A DNA stretch of 64,000 bases from Candidatus Saccharimonadota bacterium (GTDB taxonomy: Bacteria > Patescibacteriota > Saccharimonadia > Saccharimonadales > UBA4665), in contig PLTT01000013.1 of NCBI GenBank assembly GCA_003164595.1, positions 4,481 to 68,480 on the forward strand. Reading direction: 5' to 3'. The position numbers and the translations under genes are program-made. This document shows positions 9,676-22,508 of this stretch, piece after piece. The notes beneath the pieces are model-generated. The model was not told the DNA's origin. It worked only from the letters and a program-made list of their open reading frames with translations, and did not search any database. Position 1 is the stretch's first letter; each line of letters begins with the position of its first letter.

Positions 9676-10881
9676 ATGCGTTCAATAGTCCTATATCTTC
9701 ATGTCCATCAACCGTACCGCATAAAACACTATACTATCTATGAATCAGGAGTTGATCACAACTACTTTAATGCAAATTATGACAGCAACGAAAGTAACGA
9801 AAAGATCATTCATAAGATTGCTGAGAAATCTTACATACCTACCAACAACAAACTCATTGATTTACTCAATCGTTACCCCAATTTCAAATTAAGTCTATCT
9901 ATAACAGGAACAGTACTTACTCAGTTGGAGCAATGGTCCCCGGAGGCGTTACAATCTTTCCGTGACCTGATTAGCACCGGTAGGGTAGAGATACTTGGCG
10001 AGACTTATCACCATAGTTTGGCTTTCTTTTATTCGTTAAAAGAATTCGAATCCCAAGTTAAAATGCACAAAGATAAGATTCAAGAACTTTTTGGCCAAAC
10101 ACCACAAGTATTCAGAAACACCGAGTTAGCCTATAACAATGATCTGGCTTATTGGGCAGACCAAGCTGGATATAAGGGTATTTTAGCAGAAGGCTGGGAT
10201 AAGCTTTTGGGTTGGCGGAACGCGAACTATGTCTATCGACCAGCCTATACTAACAATATTCGTTTGCTTCTAAAAAACTATAGTTTGAGTGATGATATTG
10301 CTTTCCGTTTTGGCGACCAGAATTGGAAAGAATGGCCATTAACCGCCAATAAATTTTCAAATTGGCTAAATGAAACTACCGACGCTCAGGTATTCAACTT
10401 ATTCATGGACTATGAAACTTTCGGCGAGCACCAATGGCAAGAATCCGGAATTTTTAATTTCCTGGATGATTTACCTAATCAATGGCTGAAGAACGATAAC
10501 AATAATTTCTTAACAGTTTCTGAGGCAATTGATAGCCTTGAACCGGTTGATTACATAGATGCTCCGAATACCGTTACTTGGGCAGACACCGAGCGAGATC
10601 TATCAGCTTGGCTAGGTAATCCGATGCAGCAACAAGCCATACAGGCAATATATGATCTTGAGAAAATAGTGCTCGATACCAATGATTTAACGCTCATTGA
10701 AGACTGGCGACGACTACAAACTTCAGACCACTTCTATTATATGTGCACCAAATGGTTTAATGACGGAGACATTCATGCCTACTTTAGCCCTTATGAGACG
10801 CCTTACGAGGCGGTAATCAATTACATGAATGTCTGGCACGATTTACAATTTAGGCTGACTGAAAAAGGGGCGGATATTTAA
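9676..10881 (+). CDS. Glycoside hydrolase family 57 protein
   Basis: LYLHVHQPYR near the N-terminus and DYETFGEHQW, both GH57-like catalytic-region motifs. It starts 1 nt after the GT stop. Confidence 0.8.
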   Translation: MRSIVLYLHVHQPYRIKHYTIYESGVDHNYFNANYDSNESNEKIIHKIAEKSYIPTNNKLIDLLNRYPNFKLSLSITGTVLTQLEQWSPEALQSFRDLISTGRVEILGETYHHSLAFFYSLKEFESQVKMHKDKIQELFGQTPQVFRNTELAYNNDLAYWADQAGYKGILAEGWDKLLGWRNANYVYRPAYTNNIRLLLKNYSLSDDIAFRFGDQNWKEWPLTANKFSNWLNETTDAQVFNLFMDYETFGEHQWQESGIFNFLDDLPNQWLKNDNNNFLTVSEAIDSLEPVDYIDAPNTVTWADTERDLSAWLGNPMQQQAIQAIYDLEKIVLDTNDLTLIEDWRRLQTSDHFYYMCTKWFNDGDIHAYFSPYETPYEAVINYMNVWHDLQFRLTEKGADI

Positions 10882-10882
10882 T

Positions 10883-12817
10883 ATGGGAAGACCGGTGATG
10901 TTAGGCAATGGGCAGCTTACGGTCGGTTTAAACGAGCAGGGCCTAGTCCACGATTTTTATTATCCTTATGTTGGTCTGGATAACTTAAGCACAGCGCGAA
11001 GCTCAGGTCATAAAATTGGCGTCTGGGTAGATGGAAACTTTAGTTGGATAGACGATAATTCCTGGGATATTAATGTAGATTTTTTCTCGGACGCGTTAAT
11101 TAGCAAGATAACCATGGATCATATGGGCCTAGAGATAACGCTATCATTCCAGGATTTTGTTGATGCCGGCGTTAATGCTTTTTGTCGACAGGTTGTTATT
11201 ACTAATAATGCCTCTAGAAAACGTGAAGTCCGGTTCTTCATGCATCAAGTTTTTGAAATTTCTAGGCAGGGCAGAGCTGATACAGCTATTTTTGTTCCCG
11301 AAGAGCATTACATACTGGACTATAAGGGTCGCTACAGCCTTCTTATCTATGGACAAGATAGTCGTGGTAACACCTATGATCAATTTGCTATTGGTAATTA
11401 TGGTATAGAGGGTAAAGAAGGAACATTCAAGGACGCTGAAGACGGTCAACTGTCCGGCAGTGCTGTTGAGCATGGTGGTGTTGATTCTGTAATCCGTTTC
11501 GTAGCCCCCTTGGAAGCCGGAGGCAAAGAGACAATTGATTATTGGGTTATTGCAGCTGATTCGCAATACAATGCCGAGAAACTACATTTGAAATTGAAAA
11601 GTGACACCCTAACTAAGCGACTGGAAGACACGAGAGATTATTGGCATGGTTGGCTTGGAATTGCTAACCGTGGGCTCCATTCTATTGACCCGAAGTATAT
11701 GGAAATGACCAAGAAGTCTCTCATGATGATCAAAGTCCACACCGATAAAAGAGGCGGGATTATTGCCTCTTGTGATTCGTCTATATATAACTATGGCCGT
11801 GACTACTATAGCTACGTCTGGCCTAGGGATGGCGCTTTTGCTATGTGGCCTTTGATCCGACTTGGCTATAGCGATGAGCCTAAACGTTTCTTTGAATTTT
11901 GTCGGGATATTCTAACTCCAGACGGCTATCTTATGCATAAATACCAGCCTGATAGAGCAATTGGTAGTACCTGGCATCCACTGCTTCATGGTCGACATAG
12001 TGAACTGGCCATACAAGAAGATGAAACGGCGATAGTTATATATATGCTTGGCGAGTATCTATCTTACTCCAAGGATAAAGATTTCGTCTTTAGTCTGTAC
12101 AGTACCCTCATTCAGCCGGCTTGTAATTTTATGGTAAGTTTTGTCGATGAATCTACTAATTTGCCACATGCTAGCTATGATCTTTGGGAAGAAAAGTTTC
12201 TTACAAATACCTACACCGTAATGGTGGTTTATCAAGCATTACTTATAGGTTCTGATCTTGCGGAGGCCTTTGAATATCCTGACGATGCCATTGCCTGGCG
12301 AGACGCAGCGGAGCGGATCGCAGAGAACGCAGGAGTTCTATTCAACGAGGAGTTACACAGCTACCGAAAAGGCTATTTACTTAAAGACGATAACACTACT
12401 GAATATGATGATACTCTGGATGTCTCCAGCATGTACGCCGCCATGATGTTTGGAGGAGAAAGTTTTGATCTAGCCAGGCTGCAAGCCACTGCTACGCGGA
12501 TTGAATCCGTACTTCTAGGTCAGGCCCCAGTTGGCGGAAGTCCTCGTTACGAGCACGACCATTATTTTGAATCACATCCCGCTTTCCAGGGTAACCCTTG
12601 GATTGTCACGACACTGTGGATAGCGCAGTATTATATTAGAGTAAATAATTTTGAGCGTGCTGCATACTACGTTGATTGGTCTATTAAGCATGCCATGCCT
12701 AGTGGTGTACTGCCCGAACAGGTTGAACCCAGTAACGGTTCCCCAGTATCAGTTGCGCCATTGGTATGGAGTCACGCCGAGCTAGTTAATACAATTCTAG
12801 ATCTAGCGAAAATATAA
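10883..12817 (+). CDS. Glycoside hydrolase family 15 (glucoamylase/trehalase-like)
   Basis: 644 aa with an N-terminal beta-sandwich plus an (alpha/alpha)6-type region containing YSYVWPRDGAF and LWEE motifs. It starts 2 nt after the GH57 gene. Confidence 0.8.
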   Translation: MGRPVMLGNGQLTVGLNEQGLVHDFYYPYVGLDNLSTARSSGHKIGVWVDGNFSWIDDNSWDINVDFFSDALISKITMDHMGLEITLSFQDFVDAGVNAFCRQVVITNNASRKREVRFFMHQVFEISRQGRADTAIFVPEEHYILDYKGRYSLLIYGQDSRGNTYDQFAIGNYGIEGKEGTFKDAEDGQLSGSAVEHGGVDSVIRFVAPLEAGGKETIDYWVIAADSQYNAEKLHLKLKSDTLTKRLEDTRDYWHGWLGIANRGLHSIDPKYMEMTKKSLMMIKVHTDKRGGIIASCDSSIYNYGRDYYSYVWPRDGAFAMWPLIRLGYSDEPKRFFEFCRDILTPDGYLMHKYQPDRAIGSTWHPLLHGRHSELAIQEDETAIVIYMLGEYLSYSKDKDFVFSLYSTLIQPACNFMVSFVDESTNLPHASYDLWEEKFLTNTYTVMVVYQALLIGSDLAEAFEYPDDAIAWRDAAERIAENAGVLFNEELHSYRKGYLLKDDNTTEYDDTLDVSSMYAAMMFGGESFDLARLQATATRIESVLLGQAPVGGSPRYEHDHYFESHPAFQGNPWIVTTLWIAQYYIRVNNFERAAYYVDWSIKHAMPSGVLPEQVEPSNGSPVSVAPLVWSHAELVNTILDLAKI

Positions 12818-12832
12818 AACCAATCAAAACAA

Positions 12833-14065
12833 TCAAGGTCTAAAGCGAATGATGCGCCACCACCATGGGGCGGGGCTGAGATTACTGGCTAAAATAATCT
12901 TTGTGCTATCTTGATTCGCCGAGCTGTGCCACAGACTGATTCTCCCGACATTCGTACCGACTGGCTTAGGGGCCTGTAGAGAGACTAGACTCAGCACTGG
13001 CTTATAGTAAGTCGTTGACCAGTTTATTGTCGATAAAGCGCTAGAGACTTCGGCATTGATAATGTTTTTCTGCCAAGGTACTTTATAAGAACCAACCGCT
13101 TGGTGGGCATTTACTACTACATCATTATTGAAATTGGCCTCAGCAAAACTTATAAGCTGCACTGCCACAGTAAAACTATCTTCAAGGTTTGGCGTGCCCT
13201 CAATGGTACCCACGATCACTACGTTGTGATTTGAGACTAACTCATCATTTACTGCAAAAATATATACCCCCCCAGCTTGATCAGAATTTCCGGTTTTTAT
13301 GCCAACCACATCACCTCGGCTGAGTAGTTGATTTACGTTATAGACTACTCCAGCTATGGGTATGGTGGCTTGCTTCTGGGCAACTATCTGGGCAATAACC
13401 GGATTCTGCAAAGCATCAAGCCCCAGTATAGTTAGGTCTGAAGCGGTGCTGGTTGTGGTGGGCAGGAAGCCACTAGCATCTGATCCGATAGTCGTATGCT
13501 TAAGCCCTAGGATTGGCAAATATTCATTAGCAGCCTTGGAATATTGTTCTAGCGAACCGTATGCCCAAATTGCCAGACTATCGGCTATGTTATTCGCCGA
13601 GGGCAATAACATAGCTTGCAAAGCCTGGTATTCGCTGATTTGCTCGCCTGAAACAACCTGAACTACTGAGCCGTCTTCGGCTAAATATTGCTGATACAGT
13701 GCCACGTCAGTTGGCTCGATAGTAATTAGCGGCGCGGTTGTTTGGCCGACTCGCAAGGGAAATTTTTTCAGTATCATAAGTGCTGCTACAAGTTTGGCGG
13801 TACTAGCTGTTGGTACCTGGGATTGTTGGCCGTCAGTCGCCAGAAGACCATAACCAACCGCGCCAATAGCCGCCTGACCACTATTAATCACTGGCCACTG
13901 TAGCGGGGTCACTGCAGAGCGCTGGTTATTATCTTTGGTGATGGGCTCAATTGGGGGAATAGGCCGAAAATAATTAATGAGTCCGAGGATGATCACAACT
14001 ACCAGCACTATTAATAGTGATGTCTTTATCCAACCCGAGTGTTGACGCCTTCCATTTGTCTTCAT
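12833..14065 (-). CDS. D-alanyl-D-alanine carboxypeptidase (S11, PBP5-like)
   Basis: N-terminal anchor followed by SxxK (ASTAKL), SxN (PSANN) and KTG (KTGNS) motifs in the correct order. Confidence 0.8.
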   Translation of the reverse strand: MKTNGRRQHSGWIKTSLLIVLVVVIILGLINYFRPIPPIEPITKDNNQRSAVTPLQWPVINSGQAAIGAVGYGLLATDGQQSQVPTASTAKLVAALMILKKFPLRVGQTTAPLITIEPTDVALYQQYLAEDGSVVQVVSGEQISEYQALQAMLLPSANNIADSLAIWAYGSLEQYSKAANEYLPILGLKHTTIGSDASGFLPTTTSTASDLTILGLDALQNPVIAQIVAQKQATIPIAGVVYNVNQLLSRGDVVGIKTGNSDQAGGVYIFAVNDELVSNHNVVIVGTIEGTPNLEDSFTVAVQLISFAEANFNNDVVVNAHQAVGSYKVPWQKNIINAEVSSALSTINWSTTYYKPVLSLVSLQAPKPVGTNVGRISLWHSSANQDSTKIILASNLSPAPWWWRIIRFRP

Positions 14066-14186
14066 AGCTTTATAATAACCTTTGATAACACTAATCGCGA
14101 ACCGATTTGTCGAGGCCGCTGTGCCTCCAAATCCATAGCTATTTCATGCTATACTAAATATGGAAAATTAAAGGAGTAATTCGACC

Positions 14187-14747
14187 ATGCTTACAATTAT
14201 TATTGTTGTCGTTGTGTTAGTAGTTATCGTGTTGGCTTTCATATATAACGGTCTAGTTAGGCTTAATGTTCGATCCAATGAAGCCTGGAGTGACATAACT
14301 GTGCAGCTTAAGCGTCGTTCTGATTTAATACCTAACCTTGTCGAGACAGTTAAGGGATATGCCACCCATGAAAAATCCGTTTTTGAGGATGTTACTAAGG
14401 CTCGTAGTGCAGTGTTGGCTGCCAATGGTCCAGCCGAGACCGCAAAGGCTGACAACCAATTTCAGCAGACAATGAAGAGCCTTTTTGCTGTTGCGGAAGC
14501 CTATCCACAACTTAGAGCCAGTGAAAATTTCCAGAAGCTACAAGACGAATTAACGGATACCGAAGACAAAATTCAGGCCTCAAGACGTTTTTATAACGGC
14601 GTAGTCCGAGATTTTAATACTAGGCGCAAAGTTTTCCCAACAAATATCTTTGCTAACATGTTAGGTTTCAAACAAGATAAAGAATTTTTTGACGTTGATG
14701 CCGCCGAGCAGGCAAAAATCGATGAACCAGTTGACGTTAAATTTTAA
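14187..14747 (+). CDS. lemA: LemA family protein
   Basis: 186 aa with an N-terminal TM and the LemA-typical YNGLV...QLKRRSDLIPNLVETVKGYA..HE and RRFYN motifs. Confidence 0.85.
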   Translation: MLTIIIVVVVLVVIVLAFIYNGLVRLNVRSNEAWSDITVQLKRRSDLIPNLVETVKGYATHEKSVFEDVTKARSAVLAANGPAETAKADNQFQQTMKSLFAVAEAYPQLRASENFQKLQDELTDTEDKIQASRRFYNGVVRDFNTRRKVFPTNIFANMLGFKQDKEFFDVDAAEQAKIDEPVDVKF

Positions 14748-14780
14748 ATAGGCTTTAAGCAGAGACGAATACTTTAGAAT

Positions 14781-15663
14781 ATGTACAGCCAAATCGCTGC
14801 CAATAAAAGACGTAGTTCTGTAATCATACTGGGCTTCTTAATTTTCGTTGGAGTTATGGCTTGGTTCTTAAGTCGTTATTTTAACAATAACAACTCCTTC
14901 TACTATATTCTAGCTGGAGGCTTAGTTTATGCGATTATCGCCTACTTTATGGCCAGTCGTTTGGCTTTGGCTGTTAACGGTGCCAAGGAAATTGCTAAGA
15001 AGGATAATCCTCGGTTGTGGCGCATCATTGAGAACTTGAGCATAACCGATGGACTCCCCATGCCTAGAGTATTTATAATTGACGACCCGGCCCCAAATGC
15101 TTTTGCGACCGGTAATCGCCCCGATAAGGCCATAGTTTGTGCAACCACTGGCCTGCTGGAGGTCATGGATGATACCGAGCTACAAGGCGTTTTTGCACAC
15201 GAATTAGGTCATGTAAAAAACTATGACATTAGAGTCAGCATGGTTGTTTTTGCTCTTGTAGCTGTCGTAGCTCTTCTAACAGACATAATTATTAGATTTA
15301 CATGGTTTGGTGTAGGTGGCAGACGAAGAGATAACGAAGGTCAAGCCGGAGCCATAATTCTGCTAGTAGGAATTGTTGCTGCTGTTTTGGCGCCAATTAT
15401 AGCCACCCTTATTCAGCTTGCCATTTCTCGTCAGCGCGAGTATCTCGCGGATGCTACTGGCGCATTAACGACTCGTTATCCGGAAGGACTAATTAGTGCC
15501 CTAGAGAAGATTGACAGAACAGGCAGCGCTTTGAATAAACAAAATACTGCAACTGCTCATTTTTTCTTTGCCAACCCCCTAAAGGGGCATAGTATTACCA
15601 ATCTCTTTAGTACCCATCCTCCTATTAAAGATCGAATTGCCCGTTTGAGGAATATTGAAACTC

Positions 15664-15671
<8 letters not shown>
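14781..15671 (+). CDS. htpX: M48 zinc metalloprotease HtpX
   Basis: 4 TM, an HELGHV zinc site, a downstream REYLAD, and a C-terminal STHPPIKDRI. Confidence 0.9.
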
Positions 15672-18596
<2,925 letters not shown>

Positions 18597-18693
18597 GAAG
18601 AAGTTATGCTTATATTGTATTCGTGCGCAAGCGGCGCAATTTTAAAACAAAAATAAATACCAAACATTACGCCGTGGTGGGCGCGCACGAAAG

Positions 18694-18717
18694 GTCGTCC
18701 TATCTGGACGACTTTTA
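18694..18717 (+). terminator. Rho-independent terminator-like hairpin
   Basis: GTCGTCC (18694-18700), loop TATCT, GGACGAC (18706-18712), followed by TTTTATT. Confidence 0.5.
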
Positions 18718-18754
18718 TTATTGCTATCTTCTTGCTAAAATACCTCTGTTCTGG

Positions 18755-18831
<77 letters not shown>

Positions 18832-18844
18832 TTGTTATGGCCGG

Positions 18845-18918
18845 GGCGCGGTGGCCGAGGAGTTAGGCAAAGGTCTGCAAAACCTTGTACACGAGTGCGA
18901 ATCTCGTCCGCGCCTCCA
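18845..18918 (+). tRNA. tRNA-Cys (anticodon GCA), CCA encoded
   Basis: Acceptor GGCGCGG/CCGCGCC with discriminator U73. Anticodon arm is AAGGU-CUGCAAA-ACCUU and the T arm is ACGAG-UGCGAAU-CUCGU. The T-loop has G where U55 is expected, which lowers confidence slightly. Confidence 0.78.
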
Positions 18919-18940
18919 AATTAACAATCATAAGCAAATC

Positions 18941-19028
18941 GGGCGAGTGGCGGAATTGGTATACGCGACGGACTTAAAATCCGTTGGTCTTAACAACCTT
19001 GTGGGTTCAAGTCCCACCTCGCCCACCA
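18941..19028 (+). tRNA. tRNA-Leu (anticodon UAA), type II with long variable arm, CCA encoded
   Basis: Acceptor GGGCGAG/CUCGCCC. Anticodon arm is ACGGA-CUUAAAA-UCCGU, with a long variable arm and T arm GUGGG-UUCAAGU-CCCAC. Confidence 0.9.
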
Positions 19029-19036
19029 GGAAAATA

Positions 19037-20485
19037 ATGAAGACAAACTATTATATAACAACATCGATACCTTATCTTAACGGGCAGCCCCATTTGGGAC
19101 ATGCCCTAGAATTTGTCATGGCTGACGTTTTAGCTCGATCAGCTCGCCAAAATGGACACCCCACAATATTTAGTACAGGCACAGACGAGCACGGGGCAAA
19201 AGTTGCTCAAGCCGCAGCGGCTAGTAAGATGACCCCACAGGCATATTGTGATCACTTAAGCCTAGAGTTTAAGCACTTACTAAAACTGCTTGGCATAAGT
19301 GCCGATCGTTTTATCCGGACAACGGACGCAAATCACGAGAAGCGAGCTGGGCTGATATGGAAAGCCTTATCTAAGGACATTTACAAAGATCAGTACACGG
19401 GCTGGTACGACGTCAAGCAAGAAGAATTTATACCAATAGGTAAGGCAGACCCTGAGCGAATGAAGCCTGAGCACCCACAGGCTTATCAACGCCTTGAAGA
19501 AGAAAATTATTTCTTTCGGCTGAGCAAATATAACGATCAGATAAAAAAGGCCATATTATCAAACAGCTTTCAAATACTCCCTCAAACGCGCCGTAATGAA
19601 ATCTTATCTTTGCTGGAAGAAGGGTTGGAGGACATCAGTATATCTAGGCCTAAAGATCAGCTAGAATGGGGCATAGCCGTACCTGGCGACACCACCCAGG
19701 TTATGTATGTCTGGCTTGAGGCTCTAATGAACTACATAACAGTACTAAATTACCCCGAAGGCAGTGATTTTAAGGACTTTTGGCCAGCTAATGTTCAAGT
19801 AGTAGGCAAGGATATTCTGCGCTTTCATGGTGCCATCTGGCCGGCGATGTTATTGGCTCTTGGTTTACCATTGCCAAAAACTCTTTTTGTTCATGGTTTC
19901 ATAACTGTTGAGGGGCAGACAATGAGTAAGTCGGTCGGCAATGGCATACATCCCAAAGAGATAGTCAATAAGTATGGTCTAGACGCCTTTCGTTACTATT
20001 TCCTGCGACATATACCATCTTATGATGATGGGGACTTTAGCTGGCAAACTTTTGATGCCGCCTATAACAATGAATTAGCCAACGAGCTAGGTAACGCTGT
20101 ACAAAGAACAGTAGTAATGATTGAAAAATATCAAGATAGCGTGATTGGCACAATACCGCCTGCCACGCATGACAATGCCGCCATTGCCAAGGCGATTGAA
20201 CTCTGTAAGTTTGATCGAGCCCTGGATGAAATCTGGCAGCAGGTAAGGGGACTTAATCAATATATCGACGAAGAAAAACCCTGGGAGATTGCCAAGGCTA
20301 AAGACAAGGATCATCTTCAAGAAGTATTGGCCTATCAAGTTAGCTGCTTAATGGAAATTGCCGATTTATTGACACCATTCTTGCCAGAGACAGCCTCTAA
20401 AATTCAAGGCATCTTTAACTCTGAAAAGGTAAAGCCATTACCAACCACCCTATTCCCTAAACTAGATATACCCGAAAAGCAGTAG
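19037..20485 (+). CDS. metG: Methionine--tRNA ligase
   Basis: The true start is MKTNYYITTSIPYLNGQPHLGH (HIGH motif) at the ATG at 19037. The KMSKS motif appears as TMSKSVGN. The upstream 62 codons of the track ORF are tRNA genes. Confidence 0.9.
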   Translation: MKTNYYITTSIPYLNGQPHLGHALEFVMADVLARSARQNGHPTIFSTGTDEHGAKVAQAAAASKMTPQAYCDHLSLEFKHLLKLLGISADRFIRTTDANHEKRAGLIWKALSKDIYKDQYTGWYDVKQEEFIPIGKADPERMKPEHPQAYQRLEEENYFFRLSKYNDQIKKAILSNSFQILPQTRRNEILSLLEEGLEDISISRPKDQLEWGIAVPGDTTQVMYVWLEALMNYITVLNYPEGSDFKDFWPANVQVVGKDILRFHGAIWPAMLLALGLPLPKTLFVHGFITVEGQTMSKSVGNGIHPKEIVNKYGLDAFRYYFLRHIPSYDDGDFSWQTFDAAYNNELANELGNAVQRTVVMIEKYQDSVIGTIPPATHDNAAIAKAIELCKFDRALDEIWQQVRGLNQYIDEEKPWEIAKAKDKDHLQEVLAYQVSCLMEIADLLTPFLPETASKIQGIFNSEKVKPLPTTLFPKLDIPEKQ

Positions 20486-20506
20486 ATTGTATTTGGTAAA
20501 AATGCT

Positions 20507-21328
20507 ATGAACCTAATAGATACCCACTGTCATATTCAATCAATTGGTCTAGACAAGGGCGAACGAACAACGCGTTCGCTTTGGGCTAAATCGCCAGAGC
20601 TTAGTGTTTCTTCAGTTATTGCCGATGCCAAGGCCGCCGGTGTCAATCAAATGATTTGTGTTGGCTGTGACCTGGAAGATAGTGTCTTGGCTACTGATTT
20701 CGTAAATCATCACCAAGGTACTTTCGCTTCCATAGGACTGCACCCTCATGAGGCAGACATTTATAGCGGTGATAGCGAAAAACTCTCCAAATTCTCTGAG
20801 CTGATAGGTCGTCCAAAAGTTGTTGCCATAGGTGAATGCGGATTGGATTACTATTATAATCACTCGGCGAAAGAAAATCAGATAGCTATCCTAAAATTCC
20901 AAATAGAATTAGCACTAAGCTCAGGCCTACCCATAATTTTCCATGTTCGAGATGCCTATGATGATTTTTGGCCAGTATTTGAAAGTTATAAGAATATTCA
21001 GGGAGTTCTGCACAGTTACACCGACTCAACTCAAAATTTAGCCAGAGCTTTGAAGAACGGTTTATATATTGGTGTTAATGGAATAGCCACCTTCGCTAAA
21101 ATGCCCGAACAACTGTCAATGTATCAAGCTATCCCTCTCGATAGACTAGTTCTGGAGACTGATGCGCCATTCCTGACCCCAGTACCTTTTAGAGGCAAAA
21201 TCTGCCAACCCAAATACATTGAGCAAACTGCTAATTTTTTGTCGACTCTACGTCACGAGGATTTGGAAGTATTGGCTCAGGCAACAACTAATAATGCTAA
21301 GAAATTATTTAATCTGGGACTAGGCTAG
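20507..21328 (+). CDS. tatD: TatD family metal-dependent hydrolase
   Basis: IDTHCH N-terminal motif, GECGLDYYY, FHVRDA and ETDAPFLTP. Confidence 0.9.
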   Translation: MNLIDTHCHIQSIGLDKGERTTRSLWAKSPELSVSSVIADAKAAGVNQMICVGCDLEDSVLATDFVNHHQGTFASIGLHPHEADIYSGDSEKLSKFSELIGRPKVVAIGECGLDYYYNHSAKENQIAILKFQIELALSSGLPIIFHVRDAYDDFWPVFESYKNIQGVLHSYTDSTQNLARALKNGLYIGVNGIATFAKMPEQLSMYQAIPLDRLVLETDAPFLTPVPFRGKICQPKYIEQTANFLSTLRHEDLEVLAQATTNNAKKLFNLGLG

Positions 21329-21339
21329 GCGCTTAACTC

Positions 21340-22482
21340 ATGAAGAACATAATTTATCTAGACCACGCTGCTGCAACCCCGCTTGACCCATTAGTCCTAA
21401 AGTCCATGGAACCTTATTTCACTGAAAAATTTTATAATCCATCGGCAACTTATTTACTAGCTCAGGCAGTTCAAAAAGACCTTGAAATTGCCAGGTCGGC
21501 TATCGCCAATATTCTGGGCTCTAAGCCATCGGAAATCATCTTCACAGCCGGGGGTACAGAGGCTAATAATTTAGCCATTAAGGGGATTATGGAGCAGTTC
21601 CCCTTGAGTAATGTGGTTCTGTCAGCTATTGAGCATGATTCAGTTATGCAGCCGGGCAAACAATACAAACATAAGATCGCACCAGTTGGGCTGGATGGCA
21701 TAATAGATACTGATAAATTGCTAGACATCATCGATGACCAAACAGTTCTTTTGAGTATTATGTACTGCAATAACGAAGTTGGGTCTGTGCAACCAATCCA
21801 TAGAATAGCAACGGCGTTAGAAGCTGTTAAAAAGGCTAGGCTTTTAAAGGGTAACAATTTGCCGCTATATTTTCATAGTGACGCAGCTCAAGCAGGTAAT
21901 TATTTAGATATGCACGTTGCCCGACTGGGTCTTGATTTAATGACCATAAATGGCGGAAAAATATATGGGCCTAAACAATCAGGAGCACTTTTCGTAAAAA
22001 CAGGTATAGTACTTCGGCCACAAATTTTAGGCGGTGGTCAAGAATTTGGAATTCGTAGTGGTACAGAAAACGTAGCCGCAGATATCGGACTGGCCAAAGC
22101 TCTAAATATCTCCCAGGGAATACGTCATGAAGAGACTCAGCGTCTCGGTCAACTTCAATCGATGTTCATGGAGTTATTAAATAACAAGATTCCTGGGATA
22201 GTCATCAACGGTTCGCTTAAGTATCGCTTGGCAAATAATATTCACATAACTCTACCCGGTCAAGACAACGAGAGAATCCTAATGTTACTCGATGAGGCTG
22301 GGATTTTGGCGGCTGCCGGCTCGGCTTGTAGCGCTAGCCAAGAAGAACCTTCGCACGTTCTTAAGGCTATGGGCATTAGCGAATCTGATGCTCAGTCCAG
22401 TATTCGTCTTACTATGGGCAGACAAACAGATCAAAGTTCGATTAAAAGGGTTGTTGACGTTCTGTCATCTTTGTCAATCTAG
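21340..22482 (+). CDS. Cysteine desulfurase (class V aminotransferase, NifS/IscS-like)
   Basis: YLDHAATTP, FTAGGTEANN, a PLP-Lys region INGGKIYGPKQSGALFV, SGTENV, and the active-site loop AAGSACSAS. Confidence 0.85.
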   Translation: MKNIIYLDHAAATPLDPLVLKSMEPYFTEKFYNPSATYLLAQAVQKDLEIARSAIANILGSKPSEIIFTAGGTEANNLAIKGIMEQFPLSNVVLSAIEHDSVMQPGKQYKHKIAPVGLDGIIDTDKLLDIIDDQTVLLSIMYCNNEVGSVQPIHRIATALEAVKKARLLKGNNLPLYFHSDAAQAGNYLDMHVARLGLDLMTINGGKIYGPKQSGALFVKTGIVLRPQILGGGQEFGIRSGTENVAADIGLAKALNISQGIRHEETQRLGQLQSMFMELLNNKIPGIVINGSLKYRLANNIHITLPGQDNERILMLLDEAGILAAAGSACSASQEEPSHVLKAMGISESDAQSSIRLTMGRQTDQSSIKRVVDVLSSLSI

Positions 22483-22508
22483 TGCTTAACGATATACTAA
22501 ATATAAGC

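Noticed and set aside
18851-19036. N-terminal 62 codons of the 544-aa track ORF (MAEELGKGLQ...)
   Set aside because: This stretch is occupied by tRNA-Cys (18845-18918) and tRNA-Leu (18941-19028). The MetRS homology, including the HIGH motif, begins only at the ATG at 19037.
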